DNA of 64,000 nt from Gammaproteobacteria bacterium (GCA_965277715.1 OZ255836.1:3360001-3424000); one strand, 5' to 3'; numbered from the stretch's first letter, positions 20,755 through 32,630 are shown. Translations and numbers: made by a program. The notes: generated by a model from the sequence alone, not told the origin.

Positions 20755-20858
20755 CCCCTGTGTCAGGCTAGTTGTTCCTCTCCCTAAATTGGGATTCAAT
20801 AAGTTTTTACAGGAGGCAAAAAGAGAGTGACATGGGTTATCCAATAGAAAGAAAGGCC
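20755..20858 (+). mobile_element. left-end fragment of the IS3-family element
   Basis: Diverged reverse-complement match to ~52360-52463 (IR through start of orfA, YPIERKA). Confidence 0.75.
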
Positions 20859-21016
20859 CCTGTGTGTCAACCTCACCTCAAGCCACTATGATTTAAGATA
20901 ACATCTAAATCAGGGCAGATATCAAGAGTGAGAACAATGCCAAAACCTATATCAGATAAACCCCAGCCAGAGTCATGTGAGGCCAAGCCTGACCCGACAC
21001 GGGAGAAAAAGCTTAC
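20857..21016 (+). mobile_element. left-end fragment of a second IS3-like element
   Basis: CCCCTGTGTGTCAA end, then MPKPISDKPQPESCEAKPDPTREK cut by the Y1 TIR. Confidence 0.45.
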
Positions 21017-21976
21017 GGGGTCAGGCCAGTTATTCACTGTTCAATTGACTTTCAATCTGGTACATCATCTCATAGAACTCTCCGGTGTCTAACTGCTTTC
21101 TGATATAGGCTATTGCGCTCGATACACCACCAGGATGACTTAGACCGAAAATAGTGAGTAATCGCTTTTAGTGACATACCGCTAAACCGCTGACAGTAAT
21201 ACATCGCCAGTTTACAGGGAATGTTCACACTGTCTCCCTTGCCTTGGCTGAACAAAATACTGCTTTCGCTCACCCGGCAACAACTTGCCACAGTGCTTAC
21301 TATCAAGTGGCTGGCCAACTTTTCCCGCAACTGTGGGTGCACATCAAGGCCACTCTGGCTTTCTTTGTGTTCGGCCAAGCATAAGCGAAAAACTTTGTTG
21401 TCTAACACAGTCGAGACGTTATTTTTGCCGTAAAATCGTTGTATATCCTCATCAACCCCTTGATCTACATAATCTACGCAGCGTTGATAGCTGTTTCGCG
21501 CCGGTAAACAGGCATAAACGTGATTGCGGCATAACCAAGTGAGACTCGATGCCTTTCCTATATAAGCGGGGTAACGAGACCAGGGATAGCTCTCTAGCGA
21601 TTGAACCAGTGGCCGTTTGGTTTCAAGGGTTTCTATGAATATAGCGAGACAGTGGCAATAGATAGGCGTCTTCATCGACATTCAGGGCCTTAAGCCGTCC
21701 TCTAAACTAGGAGCCATCGGTTTTTTTAAGACGGTTATAACGCTGTGTATAAAGTCCATCGACATGCTGCATGATGCGACTGAGGTTAACATCCGGTGTT
21801 TCCAGCAGTAGGTGGTGGTGGTTGCCCGTTAGGCAGTAAACTTCGCCATGAAAAATCGCCTTACGCTCCCGACCACGGTTCATTATGTGGTAGAAGGCGT
21901 TTTCGTATTCTATGCGCTGAGGCCTTGGCATCGGTTGGTATTGGTACAGTCTATACTAAATAACTAGCCTGACCCC
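21017..21976 (-). mobile_element. second 960-bp copy of the Y1 TIR element, decayed
   Basis: Colinear with 16944-17903 (offset 4073); same TIRs, deletion and nonsense codon. Confidence 0.87.
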
Positions 21977-22211
21977 CTTTTCTTCTTCATCGATAGCGAA
22001 AAGTAACTACCAAAAAAATAATTGGCATCGTAAACAGAATTTATATTCACTGCATGATATTGAATATAATAATTTGAATGACGCAATTAATAAACACTGC
22101 AAGACTGATTTTGATACAAATTCAAACTTTAAAAGACTGAGTGAATTTATCGCTATAACTAGAGAGTCGGCACAAGTTTCTATTGGGAACTGGCAGCATG
22201 CGTTAAAAGAC

Positions 22212-22289
22212 TGCTAACAAGGCCATAAAATTCGCTCCCTACAGTCGCCGGACGCTCGCAAGCTCGCGCCGTTTATGGCGGCGTTATGT
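22212..22289 (+). other. attC site
   Basis: TGCTAAC AAGGCCATAAA ... TTTATGGCGGC GTTATGT, 78 bp, after a 5'-truncated AT-rich ORF. Confidence 0.85.
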
Positions 22290-22302
22290 GTAGAAATTAA
22301 TA

Positions 22303-22608
22303 ATGAGCAAAGAATCAATATTTATAATAAGTCCATTTATTTTTGGACTCATGCTTTTAAGTATTAGCCTTTATGACCTGCATCAATTTGATGTGGGTGG
22401 TATAGCGGTTACTGAGATGCTGCGAAGAGAAATGCCATTTTTTGTTCTCGGTATTTTGAGTAGCTTTTGTTTGTTTGTAAAATCAATATATTGGCTTTGG
22501 ACGAGATGCTGGATTAAATCATTCGTTTCTGTGTTTAGCATTCTTTCATTTTTTGTTTTATTTGCAGTAGGCGGGTCATTGGGGGCTGCTTATCTTAATG
22601 CAACTTAG
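22303..22608 (+). CDS. integron cassette: small membrane protein
   Basis: Three hydrophobic segments; begins after GTTATGT and is followed by complementary R'' ACATAAC (22617-22623). Confidence 0.75.
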   Translation: MSKESIFIISPFIFGLMLLSISLYDLHQFDVGGIAVTEMLRREMPFFVLGILSSFCLFVKSIYWLWTRCWIKSFVSVFSILSFFVLFAVGGSLGAAYLNAT

Positions 22609-22645
22609 CAGGGTACACATAACAAACCGTTGAAGTCGGACAGTC

Positions 22646-22738
22646 ACGGTGTTTGTCAAGGTAGTTGTCCGTTTTACTATGCTACTTGCTTTTCAATTCC
22701 ATTGTGCTTTTGTCTCATGGCCAAGCCTTCCCTTTCCG
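22646..22738 (-). mobile_element. right-end fragment of the IS3-family element, interrupting an attC
   Basis: Near-identical to 50785-50877; follows the attC left half at 22617-22645. Confidence 0.8.
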
Positions 22739-22746
22739 AGTCTTAT

Positions 22747-23493
22747 GGGGTCAGGCCAGAATGGCACTTCTTTAAGCTGTAAGTATTTGAAAGTATTGGT
22801 ATTACGTGCTTGGTTCAGATAACTTGGCATATGGTTCTTGAAAGCAATATTTGTAAAACTATCCCGGTTATCATTGGCGGCAACTTTCAAAATATCATTT
22901 TTGTTTCTTAGAAAGAATAAATAAACTCTTTACTATCAGTTGCTTACGCCTTAAGGAAGTGCCATTCGGGTCAGGCCAGTTATTCACTGTTCAATTGACT
23001 TTCAATCTGGTACATCATCTCATAGAACTCTCCGGTGTCTAACTGCTTCCTGATATAGGCTATTGCGCTCAATACACCACCAGGATGACTTAGACCGAAA
23101 ATAGTGAGTAATCGCTTTTAGTGACATACCGCTAAACCGCTGGCAGTAATACATCGCCAGTTTACGGGGAATGTTCACACTGCCTCCCTTGCCTTGACTG
23201 AACAAAATACTGCTTTCGCTCACCCGGCAACAACTTGCCACAGTGCTTATTATCAAGTGGCTGGCCAACTTTTCCCGCAACTGTGGGCGCACATCAAGGC
23301 CACTCCGGAAGCGATCTGCAGCTTCGGCCAATGTAGTGAGAAACGCTTGGTAGTAAGCTTCGCCATGAAAAATCGCCTTACGCTCCCGACAACGGTTGGT
23401 TATGTGGTAGAAGGCGTTTTCGTATTCTATGCGCTGAGGCCTTGGCATCGGTTGATATCGACACAATCTATACTAAATAACTAGCCTGCCCCC
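22747..23493 (-). mobile_element. internally deleted Y1 TIR element with the MITE in its left TIR
   Basis: ORF 23020-23466 fuses N-terminus to C-terminal part; right TIR variant AATAACTAGCCTGCCCCC. Confidence 0.82.
22759..22967. mobile_element. 209-bp MITE with IS4-b-type ends
   Basis: IR GAATGGCACTTCTTTAAG / CTTAAGGAAGTGCCATTC; 11-bp TSD GGGTCAGGCCA (22748-22758, 22968-22978). Confidence 0.88.
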
Positions 23494-23661
23494 TTTTATT
23501 CACTCTACCCACTACACGCCCAACATTGAATTGGTTCACATATAAGGCGATCTAAGCCAAACCAACTGGAGCGCCTGTTTCATCCAGGGTCGGGCTGATG
23601 TAACGGGCAATGTTCGCTATACTGGCTGTTTGTGCTAATAGGGTGGTCAGGCGTTATTTAA

Positions 23662-24894
23662 ATGCATGAGCAAAAAGGTAGTGAGCCGGACGGTGTTTTG
23701 TTAGGCCGTATTTTACTCGGCGTAAGTGGCGGTATCGCTGCGTATAAAAGCCCAGACTTAGTGCGCCGCCTGCGTGATATAGGCGCCGAGGTGCGTGTTG
23801 TGATGACACCCGCTGCGCAGGCATTCGTTACTCCACTGACGTTCCAGGCCACTTCAGGCCACCCCGTGCACAGTGAACTGCTGGATGCAGCGGCAGAAGC
23901 AGGTATGGGGCATATCGAGCTGGCCCGCTGGGCGGATGCTGTGCTGATTGCCCCGGCTTCTGCCAACCGTATTGCGGCGCTGGCACAGGGCTTCGCCGAT
24001 GATTTATTGAGCACCGTTTGCCTGGCCAGTGATGCACCCTTGTTTATCGCCCCCGCGATGAATCAGGCGATGTGGAAACACCCGGCAGTACAGGAGAATA
24101 TCGCTATTTTACGCCGACGTGGCGCCATCATCCTCGGCCCAGGTGAGGGCGGGCAGGCCTGCGGCGATACGGGTGCAGGGCGTATGCTGGAGCCTATCGC
24201 GCTGCGTGACGCACTGCGCGATCAGTTGCACGCCCCCCATTCCAACGCACTGTGCAATAAGCGTGTGCTGCTGAGCGCCGGGCCTACGCGGGAGGCGCTC
24301 GATCCCGTGCGCTATTTAAGTAATCACAGCTCCGGCAAGATGGGGTTTGCACTGGCCGCTGCCGCGCAGCGTGCGGGGGCGTCGGTGACGCTGATTGCCG
24401 GCCCTGTGCAGCAGGATACACCGGCAAATGTCGAGCGTATCGACGTGGTTTCCGCCCAGGATATGCACGCCGCAGTGATGCAGCACGCGGCCAGTGCCGA
24501 TATATTTATCAGCGTTGCGGCGGTTGCCGATTACCGGGTGCGTGAACCGCAGCCTGAAAAAATCAAAAAGTCACAACACAACATGGTGCTGGCGTTGACG
24601 CGCAACCCGGATATTCTCGCCGGGGTTGCCGCGCTCGATAATAAGCCTTTTTGTGTCGGCTTCGCCGCCGAGACACACCGCGTGGAGGACTACGCGGCGG
24701 AAAAAATGCAACGCAAAAACCTGGATATGATCGCCGCCAATCAGGTGGGGGTTGTCGGGAGTGGCTTTGCCAGTGACAACAATAGCCTGCTTGTTTTAGC
24801 GCGTGATGGCAGCCGGGCAGTACTGGCAGATGCCCCCAAAACGCGTATTGCCGCACAGCTGATCGAACTGATTGCCAAACACACCACACACTAA
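23662..24894 (+). CDS. coaBC: phosphopantothenoylcysteine decarboxylase/ligase
   Basis: [49 protein letters not shown]. Confidence 0.97.
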   Translation: MHEQKGSEPDGVLLGRILLGVSGGIAAYKSPDLVRRLRDIGAEVRVVMTPAAQAFVTPLTFQATSGHPVHSELLDAAAEAGMGHIELARWADAVLIAPASANRIAALAQGFADDLLSTVCLASDAPLFIAPAMNQAMWKHPAVQENIAILRRRGAIILGPGEGGQACGDTGAGRMLEPIALRDALRDQLHAPHSNALCNKRVLLSAGPTREALDPVRYLSNHSSGKMGFALAAAAQRAGASVTLIAGPVQQDTPANVERIDVVSAQDMHAAVMQHAASADIFISVAAVADYRVREPQPEKIKKSQHNMVLALTRNPDILAGVAALDNKPFCVGFAAETHRVEDYAAEKMQRKNLDMIAANQVGVVGSGFASDNNSLLVLARDGSRAVLADAPKTRIAAQLIELIAKHTTH

Positions 24895-24901
24895 GCGACT
24901 T

Positions 24902-25357
24902 ATGAAATCCATTGATGTAAAAATTCTCGATCCGCGCCTGGGTGCGGAAATTCCTTTGCCGGAATACGCAACAACGGGTTCCGCCGGGCTGGATTTGCGC
25001 GCCTGCCTGGACAGTGAGCTGGTGTTGGAGGCGGGACAAACGCATTTGATTCCCACTGGAATGGCAATTTATATCGCCGATCCGGCCTACGCTGCGATCA
25101 TCCTGCCACGCTCGGGGCTTGGTCATAAGCACGGTATTGTGCTCGGTAACCTGGTTGGGTTGATCGATGCCGATTACCAGGGGCAGTTGTTTGTCTCCTG
25201 CTGGAACCGTGGTGATGCCGCTTTTACGGTTGAAGTGGGTGAGAAAATTGCCCAGTTGGTTATTGTACCTGTGGTGCAGGCGCAGTTTAACCTCGTCGAC
25301 AGTTTTGACAGTAGCGGGCGTGGAGGCCGTGGTTTTGGCTCCTCGGGCCGTCAATGA
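24902..25357 (+). CDS. dut: dUTP pyrophosphatase
   Basis: [32 protein letters not shown]. Confidence 0.97.
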   Translation: MKSIDVKILDPRLGAEIPLPEYATTGSAGLDLRACLDSELVLEAGQTHLIPTGMAIYIADPAYAAIILPRSGLGHKHGIVLGNLVGLIDADYQGQLFVSCWNRGDAAFTVEVGEKIAQLVIVPVVQAQFNLVDSFDSSGRGGRGFGSSGRQ

Positions 25358-25397
25358 GCGTTATGTACGTCTAACTTACTGATTTAAGGAGGTTTAT

Positions 25398-26771
25398 ATG
25401 CAAATTTCACCCGCTATTTTTCGCGCCTATGATATTCGCGGTGTTGTCACTGAATCACTTACCCCGGATGTCGTTCGCGAGATTGGCCGGGCGTTTGCCA
25501 GCGAATGCCAGCAGCGTGGACAGCAAACGGTGGTACTGGCACGCGATGGCCGCCTGTCCGGCCCGGCGCTGATTGGCGCACTGACAGAAGGTTTGCTGTC
25601 GACTGGCTGCGATGTGATCGATATTGGCATGGTGCCAACCCCGGTACTGTATTTTGCCACCCACAGTCTGAAAACCGGCACGGGTATTATGGTCACCGGT
25701 AGTCACAATCCACCCGAGTACAATGGCCTGAAAATGATGATTGGGGGTGATCCGCTATCGGGTGATGGTATCACCGGGCTGTATCGGCGGCTCGTCAGTG
25801 GTGATCTCGCTTGTGGCCAAGGTGTCCGTAGCGAACAATTGATTGCCGATAGCTATTTGCAACGCATTCTCGGTGATATTGCGCTCGGCAAAAAAATGCG
25901 TATTGGCATCGATTGTGGCAATGGTGTTGCCGGTGCAGTAGCCCCTGAATTATTCCGGCAACTCGGCTGCGAGGTGGTGGAATTTTTCTGTGAGGTCGAC
26001 GGTACATTTCCCAATCACCACCCCGATCCCAGCAAAGTTGAAAACATGCAGGATTTGATCGCCGCAGTGAAAAGCCAGCAACTCGATATCGGCCTGGCAT
26101 TTGATGGTGACGGTGACCGTGTAGGGGTGATCGACAATGACGGCAACCTGATCTGGCCAGATCGGCAGATGATTTTATTTGCAGAGGATATTCTTGGCCG
26201 CAACCCCGGTGCGCGTATTATCTACGATGTAAAGTGCTCACGGTTACTGCCGCAGGCCATCCGTGCAATGGGAGGGGAGCCGGAAATGTGGAAAACCGGG
26301 CATTCATTTATAAAGGCGCGTATCAAGGAAACGGGTGCACTGCTGGGTGGTGAGATGAGCGGCCATATTTTTTTTAAGGAGCGCTGGTATGGTTTTGATG
26401 ATGCCTTGTATGCGGGCGCCCGGTTGTTAGAGATTTTGTCACACCGCGATGTGTCAGCCGAGGCAATTTTTTCAGCGATACCCAATAGTATTAACACCCC
26501 TGAATTGAACATTGCCTTTGCCGAAGGGGAACACCATCGGTTTATTCAACGGTTTGTCCAGCGGGCCACATTTGATGGGGCGCAACTGACGACTATCGAC
26601 GGAGTGCGGGCAGATTTTGACGATGGCTGGGGCCTGGTGCGTGCATCCAATACCACACCTGTACTGGTTATCCGTTTTGAGGCGGATACGCCGCTGGCGC
26701 TTGAGCGGATCCAGGCGGTTTTTCGTGAACAAATGTTAAAGCTGGCGCCTGGGTTAGCGTTGCCGTTTTGA
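25398..26771 (+). CDS. algC: phosphomannomutase/phosphoglucomutase
   Basis: FRAYDIRG, TGSHNP, DGDGDR, GEMSGH, RASNT. Confidence 0.93.
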   Translation: MQISPAIFRAYDIRGVVTESLTPDVVREIGRAFASECQQRGQQTVVLARDGRLSGPALIGALTEGLLSTGCDVIDIGMVPTPVLYFATHSLKTGTGIMVTGSHNPPEYNGLKMMIGGDPLSGDGITGLYRRLVSGDLACGQGVRSEQLIADSYLQRILGDIALGKKMRIGIDCGNGVAGAVAPELFRQLGCEVVEFFCEVDGTFPNHHPDPSKVENMQDLIAAVKSQQLDIGLAFDGDGDRVGVIDNDGNLIWPDRQMILFAEDILGRNPGARIIYDVKCSRLLPQAIRAMGGEPEMWKTGHSFIKARIKETGALLGGEMSGHIFFKERWYGFDDALYAGARLLEILSHRDVSAEAIFSAIPNSINTPELNIAFAEGEHHRFIQRFVQRATFDGAQLTTIDGVRADFDDGWGLVRASNTTPVLVIRFEADTPLALERIQAVFREQMLKLAPGLALPF

Positions 26772-26841
26772 TGCGCGGTATTTTCCGGCGCTCCCTAATG
26801 AGGGGCGGAAAGCCACCGTGCCTGTGAGGTTTTATAGCCCT

Positions 26842-28062
26842 CTACGCTGAAAAGCGCTGAAACACCAGCGTGGCATTGGTGCCCCCGAAGCCAAAACTGT
26901 TCGACATAACGCGATCCAGTTGTACACCGTCACGGCGTTCCAGTGCAATCGGTATGCCCTCTGCGCCAGGGTCGAGTTGTTCGATATTTGCCGATGCGGC
27001 GATGAACCCCTCCTGCTGCATCAACAGGCTGTAGATCGACTCCTGTACGCCAGCGGCCCCCAGTGAGTGACCAGAGAGTGATTTGGTCGAACCGATCACG
27101 GGAATCGGCTTGTCAGCGAAGGCTTCACGCACGGCGTTTAGTTCGGTGATATCCCCCGCCGGGGTGCTGGTGCCGTGGGCATTGATGTAATCCACCGGGC
27201 CTTCGACGGTCGCCATCGCCTGTTGCATGCACCGCACTGCGCCCTCGCCGGATGGCGCGACCATGTCGTGGCCGTCAGACGTGGCGCCGTAACCGACAAT
27301 TTCGGCGTAAATTTTTGCGCCGCGTGCCTGTGCGTGTTCGAGTGATTCGATGACCAGCATACCGCCACCGCCCGCGATGACAAAACCGTCGCGGTTGGCA
27401 TCGTAGGCGCGTGAAGCGCACTCTGGGGTGTCGTTGTATTTGCTGGATAGCGCGCCCATCGCATCGAACAGGCAGCTCATGGTCCAGTGTTCTTCCTCGC
27501 CGCCACCGGCAAACACGATGTCTTGCTTGCCGAGCTGAATTTGCTCCATTGCCGCCCCCACGCAGTGTGCGCTGGTCGAGCAGGCCGAGGAAATCGAATA
27601 GTTGACCCCCTTGATAGCGAACGGTGTCGCCAGGCATGCCGAGACGGTACTACTCATGGTTTGCGTTACCCGATAGGGGCCAACGCGGCGAATACCACGC
27701 TGGCGCAATATGTCCGCCGCTTGGTTCAGGTTGTCAGTGGAGCCACCACCGGAGCCAGCGATAACGCCGGTGCGTACATTGGAGACTTGATCGGCCTGCA
27801 GCCCGGCATCGGCAATCGCCTGCTGCATAGCGATAAACGCATAAGCGGCGGCCGGACCCATAAAGCGTAGCTGCTTGCGATCAATAAAGTCACTTAACTC
27901 AATGTCCGGTGCACCGGCTACATGGCTGCGCATACCGAGATCGGCGTACGCCTGGCGAAAACCAATACCCGATCGACCCGCTCGCAGCGATTCGATAACC
28001 GCTTGTGCATTATTGCCAAGACACGAAACAATGCCTAACCCTGTAACGACAACGCGTTGCAT
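26842..28062 (-). CDS. fabB: beta-ketoacyl-ACP synthase I
   Basis: [32 protein letters not shown]; downstream of fabA. Confidence 0.96.
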   Translation of the reverse strand: MQRVVVTGLGIVSCLGNNAQAVIESLRAGRSGIGFRQAYADLGMRSHVAGAPDIELSDFIDRKQLRFMGPAAAYAFIAMQQAIADAGLQADQVSNVRTGVIAGSGGGSTDNLNQAADILRQRGIRRVGPYRVTQTMSSTVSACLATPFAIKGVNYSISSACSTSAHCVGAAMEQIQLGKQDIVFAGGGEEEHWTMSCLFDAMGALSSKYNDTPECASRAYDANRDGFVIAGGGGMLVIESLEHAQARGAKIYAEIVGYGATSDGHDMVAPSGEGAVRCMQQAMATVEGPVDYINAHGTSTPAGDITELNAVREAFADKPIPVIGSTKSLSGHSLGAAGVQESIYSLLMQQEGFIAASANIEQLDPGAEGIPIALERRDGVQLDRVMSNSFGFGGTNATLVFQRFSA

Positions 28063-28215
28063 AGTAACCCCCGAATAATCTTTGCCTGTAGAGGGTGTCA
28101 GAAAACGACTGCGCCCGGTGATGCGGTGTTGGAGCGCTTTGGCTCACCTTTGCACGCGATGTTTTCCGATACCTCTGTGTGTGCCAATAAATGTTTGCTA
28201 ATACACCGTCTACCA

Positions 28216-28731
28216 CTAAAAATCTTTCGTTGAGGTAAACAGGCCTACCCGCAAGTCTTTGGCATTGTAGATGTCGCGGCCATCGACAGACAACGTGCCA
28301 TCGGCAATGCCCATTACCAGTTTGCGCTCAATCACGCGTTTAAAATTGATTTCATAGCGCACTTTTTTTGCCGAGGGTAATACCTGGCCGGAAAATTTCA
28401 CCTCGCCGGAACCGAGTGCGCGACCATGCCCCGGATTGCCTTTCCAGGCGAGAAAAAAACCCACCAATTGCCACATTGCATCCAGGCCAAGGCAGCCGGG
28501 CATCACCGGGTCACCAATAAAATGGCAATCAAAGAACCACTGTTGTGGGTTGATATCGAGTTCGGCAATAATCTGCCCCTTGCCATAGCGGCCACCTTCT
28601 ACACTAATGTGAGTAACCCGATCAATCATTAACATATTGGGTGCGGGTAATTGTGCATTGCCGGGACCAAACATTTCCCCGCGACCGCACTGCAGGAGTT
28701 CTTCACGTGTGAAAGCACTTTGTGATGTCAT
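28216..28731 (-). CDS. fabA: 3-hydroxydecanoyl-ACP dehydratase/isomerase
   Basis: [22 protein letters not shown]. Confidence 0.97.
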   Translation of the reverse strand: MTSQSAFTREELLQCGRGEMFGPGNAQLPAPNMLMIDRVTHISVEGGRYGKGQIIAELDINPQQWFFDCHFIGDPVMPGCLGLDAMWQLVGFFLAWKGNPGHGRALGSGEVKFSGQVLPSAKKVRYEINFKRVIERKLVMGIADGTLSVDGRDIYNAKDLRVGLFTSTKDF

Positions 28732-28993
28732 AAGTTTATCTGGGTGTCAGTAATAAGGGGTGTCGAAGCAGAACTGCCTAATGATATTCAAACGAGTGAG
28801 CCTATCAATCGGGTTGTCAGGTTCAAAAACGGTCGGTGGTAGACAGAGAATAGTAGGGTATAGGGCAAAGGTTACAATAGCGTGTTCAAAAGATGGTGTA
28901 ATTATACCCTCTCGCCATTGGCGGACGCTACCGTTAGGTTGGTAGGGTGTAAGCCCAGATATAAACAAGCTGTATTATGAGGAAACAAGATTG

Positions 28994-29599
28994 ATGAATA
29001 GCGAAATCCAACGAATTTATGATTTTTGGTTTGGTGACATCGTGAGCAACCCCAGAGCGGAGAGCCGCCACGCGCTTTGGTATATGGGGGGCGAAGCCGT
29101 CGATACGGACATTCGCAATCAGTTCGAGGCATTGGTGCAACAGGCGCAGGCGGGGGAGCTGGCCGATTGGCAACAAACGGCGCAGGGGTCGACGGCACTT
29201 ATTATTCTGCTCGATCAGTTTCCGCTGAATATGTACCGGGGTGAGGCGCGTGCATTTGCTTCAGAACAACACAGCGTGGCGGTTTGCCTGAGTGGGATTG
29301 AAAATGGCCAGGATAGGGCGTTATCGTTTTATGAGAAGACGTTTTTCTACCTGCCACTGGAGCACTCAGAGGCCGCTCAACACCAGCAACTCAGTATTAA
29401 ATACTTCACGCAATTGCGCGATGAAGCACCACCAGCACACCGCCAGGCTGGCGAGGCCGCGCTGGAGTTTGCTATCAGCCACAAAGCGATTGTCGATCGC
29501 TTTGGTCGCTACCCCCACCGCAACAAGGCGTTGGGGCGGGTGTCGACAGCGGCAGAAATTGCCTGGCTTGAATCGGGGGGTGAGACTTATGGGCAATAA
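28994..29599 (+). CDS. DUF924 family protein
   Basis: FWFG, IILLDQFP, YLPLEHSE, RFGRYPHRN. Confidence 0.9.
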   Translation: MNSEIQRIYDFWFGDIVSNPRAESRHALWYMGGEAVDTDIRNQFEALVQQAQAGELADWQQTAQGSTALIILLDQFPLNMYRGEARAFASEQHSVAVCLSGIENGQDRALSFYEKTFFYLPLEHSEAAQHQQLSIKYFTQLRDEAPPAHRQAGEAALEFAISHKAIVDRFGRYPHRNKALGRVSTAAEIAWLESGGETYGQ

Positions 29600-29621
29600 C
29601 GCGTTGATTATTGAGGTACGT

Positions 29622-30194
29622 TCAGGTCGACACTTCGCTATAGCGAAAACAATCGACCAAATGGTCATTGACCATGCCGGTTGCCTGCATAAAGGCATAA
29701 CAAATGGTGGGGCCGACAAATTTGAACCCCCGCTTTTTGAGTGATTTGCTCATCGCTTCAGATTGTGGCGTGCTGGCGGGCACATCACCGCTTGTTTGCC
29801 GGGCATTTTGAATAACCTGATTGTCGACAAATGACCATAGGTAGTCGCTGAATGATTCGCCTTTTTCCTGCATGTCGAGGTAGCACCTGGCGTTGGTGAT
29901 AAACGCGTTGACCTTCAGGCGGTTGCGGATAATGCCGGGGTCATTGAGTAACCGCTCGATCTTTTTATCACTGTAACGGGCGATTTTTTGGGGGTCAAAA
30001 TTATCGAAAGCTTTGCGGTAGTGCGCCCGCTTTTTCAAAATGGTGATCCAGCTTAATCCTGCCTGTGCACCTTCCAAATTGAGCATTTCAAACAGGTGTT
30101 GGTCATCGCGCTGGGGCGTGCCCCATTCATTGTCGTGGTAGTGTTGATAGATTTCGGAATCACCGCACCACCAACAGCGTATTTTATCGTTCAT
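29622..30194 (-). CDS. tag: DNA-3-methyladenine glycosylase I
   Basis: YHDNEWG, LEGAQAGLSW, GIIRNRLK, GMVNDHL. Confidence 0.95.
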   Translation of the reverse strand: MNDKIRCWWCGDSEIYQHYHDNEWGTPQRDDQHLFEMLNLEGAQAGLSWITILKKRAHYRKAFDNFDPQKIARYSDKKIERLLNDPGIIRNRLKVNAFITNARCYLDMQEKGESFSDYLWSFVDNQVIQNARQTSGDVPASTPQSEAMSKSLKKRGFKFVGPTICYAFMQATGMVNDHLVDCFRYSEVST

Positions 30195-30227
30195 CGTTTC
30201 CCCAATTTAAACAACCCGGCTTTTTAT

Positions 30228-31265
30228 CTACCGTCCCATCTCGCGGCTAAACGCCAGCATTCGCTCCAGCGGCATAACGGCACGCTGGCGAATGTTTTCT
30301 TCAATATGAATTTCGTTATCGCCCGATTCGAGCACATGGGTCAGTTTTTGCAAATCGTTCATCGCCATCCACGGGCAATGAGCGCAACTGCGACAGGTGG
30401 CCCCGTGCCCACCTGTGGGGGCGGCGACAAGTGTTTTATCGGGTGCGGCCTGTTGCATTTTGTAGAAAATCTGATTGTCCGTGGCGACGATAAAGGCATT
30501 GTGGGGCAGCTCGACGGCAGCGCGAATAAGCTGCGAGGTCGAGCCGACGGCATCGGCGGCATCGATCATTTCCGCCGGGGATTCCGGGTGGACCAACAAC
30601 CCGGCACCGGGGTACTGCTCGCGCAGCTTATCGATGCCAAATGTTTTGAACTCCTCGTGAACGATACAGGCGCCGTCCCACAGCAGCATATCTGCGCCCG
30701 TTTTGCGCTGGATATAGCTGCCGAGGTATTTATCCGGCGCCCACAGTACCTGTTCGCCCTGGGCATCCAGGTGTTCAATCACATCCACGGCAATACTGGA
30801 GGTCACCACCCAGTCGGCGCGGGCTTTTACAGCGGCGCTGGTATTGGCATAAACCACTACTGTGTGCTGTGGATGCTGGTCGCAAAATGCTGAAAAACGT
30901 TCGATTGGGCAGCCCAGATCAAGCGAGCAGGTGGCCTCTAAGGTTGGCATGAGTATGCGTTTGTCAGGGCTGAGAATTTTTGCTGTTTCACCCATAAAAC
31001 GCACGCCGGCGACAATCAGCGTAGTCGCCGGGTGTTCGCTGCCAAAGCGCGCCATCTCCAGAGAGTCGGCAACGCAGCCGCCGGTTTGCTCGGCGATCAT
31101 TTGCAGGTCGTTGTGTGTGTAATAATGCGCGATAAGGGCCGCGTTGTGTTGTTTCAACAGGCCTGTAATTTTATCGATCAGTTGGTCGCGTTCGCGCCTG
31201 GAGTAACTGTGTTGCGTACGCAACACCTCGGCGGTAATCGGGTAATTGGGGTGAGCAGTGGCCAT
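30228..31265 (-). CDS. nadA: quinolinate synthase
   Basis: [36 protein letters not shown]. Confidence 0.96.
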   Translation of the reverse strand: MATAHPNYPITAEVLRTQHSYSRRERDQLIDKITGLLKQHNAALIAHYYTHNDLQMIAEQTGGCVADSLEMARFGSEHPATTLIVAGVRFMGETAKILSPDKRILMPTLEATCSLDLGCPIERFSAFCDQHPQHTVVVYANTSAAVKARADWVVTSSIAVDVIEHLDAQGEQVLWAPDKYLGSYIQRKTGADMLLWDGACIVHEEFKTFGIDKLREQYPGAGLLVHPESPAEMIDAADAVGSTSQLIRAAVELPHNAFIVATDNQIFYKMQQAAPDKTLVAAPTGGHGATCRSCAHCPWMAMNDLQKLTHVLESGDNEIHIEENIRQRAVMPLERMLAFSREMGR

Positions 31266-31278
31266 AAGCAGATAGGGG

Positions 31279-32433
31279 CTATTGAGTATGGACGGGGAAT
31301 TCTAGCACAGCGCGATTTCCCTGTGCCTGTAACTGTGTGCCCCGTTCCAGCGAGAGCATTTGCAACCCGGCAATCGCCTGTTGGGCCTGTTCGCCCTGCA
31401 GTGGGGTGGGCTGAAATAATACACGCTGGTTGAATATGTCGATAGGTATCAGTTCCAGGCGTCGCAAATGATTATCGACAAATTTTACCTGGGCTATCGC
31501 ACCGCTCACGAAATCGCTGCTATAGCTGCCAAAGGTAAAGTTACCCAGGCTGTAGAGGATAACACCGTGTTTATAGCGCTCCACGGCTTGCAAAACATGT
31601 GGATGATGGCCGATGACCAGCGCCGCACCTGCATCGATGGCAGCCCGCCCCAGTAACGGCTGGTAGTCACGTAGCTCGGTAGTGCCCTCCCGGCCCCAGT
31701 GAAACGAGACCACGACAATATTGATGCCTTGTGCTTTTAGTGCCTGTACGTCGTCACGCACGTGTTCTTCATGGCCAAAGGCGGTGCCGGGTTTATCCTG
31801 CTCGGCCCAGAATTCGGGTGGAAAGGTGTTGGAGTAGGCGAGAAAACCGACCCGTTGGCCATCGATGGTGATAATCGCTGCACGGCGTGCCTCGGCCAGG
31901 GTATCCCCGGCCCCGATAGTCTTAATGTTCTGTGCGTTGAGTACCTGGCGCGTTTGTGTCAGGCCAGTGTAACCGTAATCGAGTGAGTGGTTATTGGCGA
32001 GGTTGGCAATATCCATTCCCGCACGCGCCAGCGCTTTGGAGACCGGGCCGGGTGGGTTGCGAAACCGGTATTTTTTTTCTACCAGCAGTTCATCGCTGGT
32101 CGTCAGCGAGGTTTCTATATTGCCGATAAAAACATCGGCGTCAATCAATAGCTTGCGCACATTGGCAAACGCATAGTCGTAGTTATCTCGGTGGTAAAAC
32201 TCGGTGCCGGTGCCACCGAGCATCATATCGCCGGTGGCGGTGATGGTCAGCGTTTTTGGCGCTGCATTGATTGTTGCGGGCTTATCGACGGCTACCGCCC
32301 GGGTTGTTATCGCAGGCTCAGAGGGGAGGTCGCCTGCCTCAATGGGTGTCTGTGTTTCAACCACTGGGGTAGGCGAACAGGCGCTCAATAATAAGGCAAA
32401 ACCTGCGCATACCAGAACAGGTGATTGTTGCAT
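31279..32433 (-). CDS. CapA-family metallophosphatase lipoprotein
   Basis: LLSAC lipobox; [28 protein letters not shown]. Confidence 0.9.
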   Translation of the reverse strand: MQQSPVLVCAGFALLLSACSPTPVVETQTPIEAGDLPSEPAITTRAVAVDKPATINAAPKTLTITATGDMMLGGTGTEFYHRDNYDYAFANVRKLLIDADVFIGNIETSLTTSDELLVEKKYRFRNPPGPVSKALARAGMDIANLANNHSLDYGYTGLTQTRQVLNAQNIKTIGAGDTLAEARRAAIITIDGQRVGFLAYSNTFPPEFWAEQDKPGTAFGHEEHVRDDVQALKAQGINIVVVSFHWGREGTTELRDYQPLLGRAAIDAGAALVIGHHPHVLQAVERYKHGVILYSLGNFTFGSYSSDFVSGAIAQVKFVDNHLRRLELIPIDIFNQRVLFQPTPLQGEQAQQAIAGLQMLSLERGTQLQAQGNRAVLEFPVHTQ

Positions 32434-32630
32434 GTGTGTCGCCTGGTCGATAGGGGGAGGGAGTTTAACCTAACAACCAGTGAAATTAGACTTTTTTGCT
32501 ATAATTCAACTGACTGTCAGGTTGAATTCGCAGCACTTTTAACGACAGCCTCACGCGACCGTCGTTTGGCTAACACCGGGTTTTTATTCCATTTAGACGC
32601 CCTCGCTACGATTCAACTGCGGAATTTAGG

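Noticed and set aside
16680-23493. CRISPR-like array of GGGGTCAGGCCAGTTATT repeats
   Set aside because: Spacing is irregular and long, the repeats are element termini, and no cas genes are present
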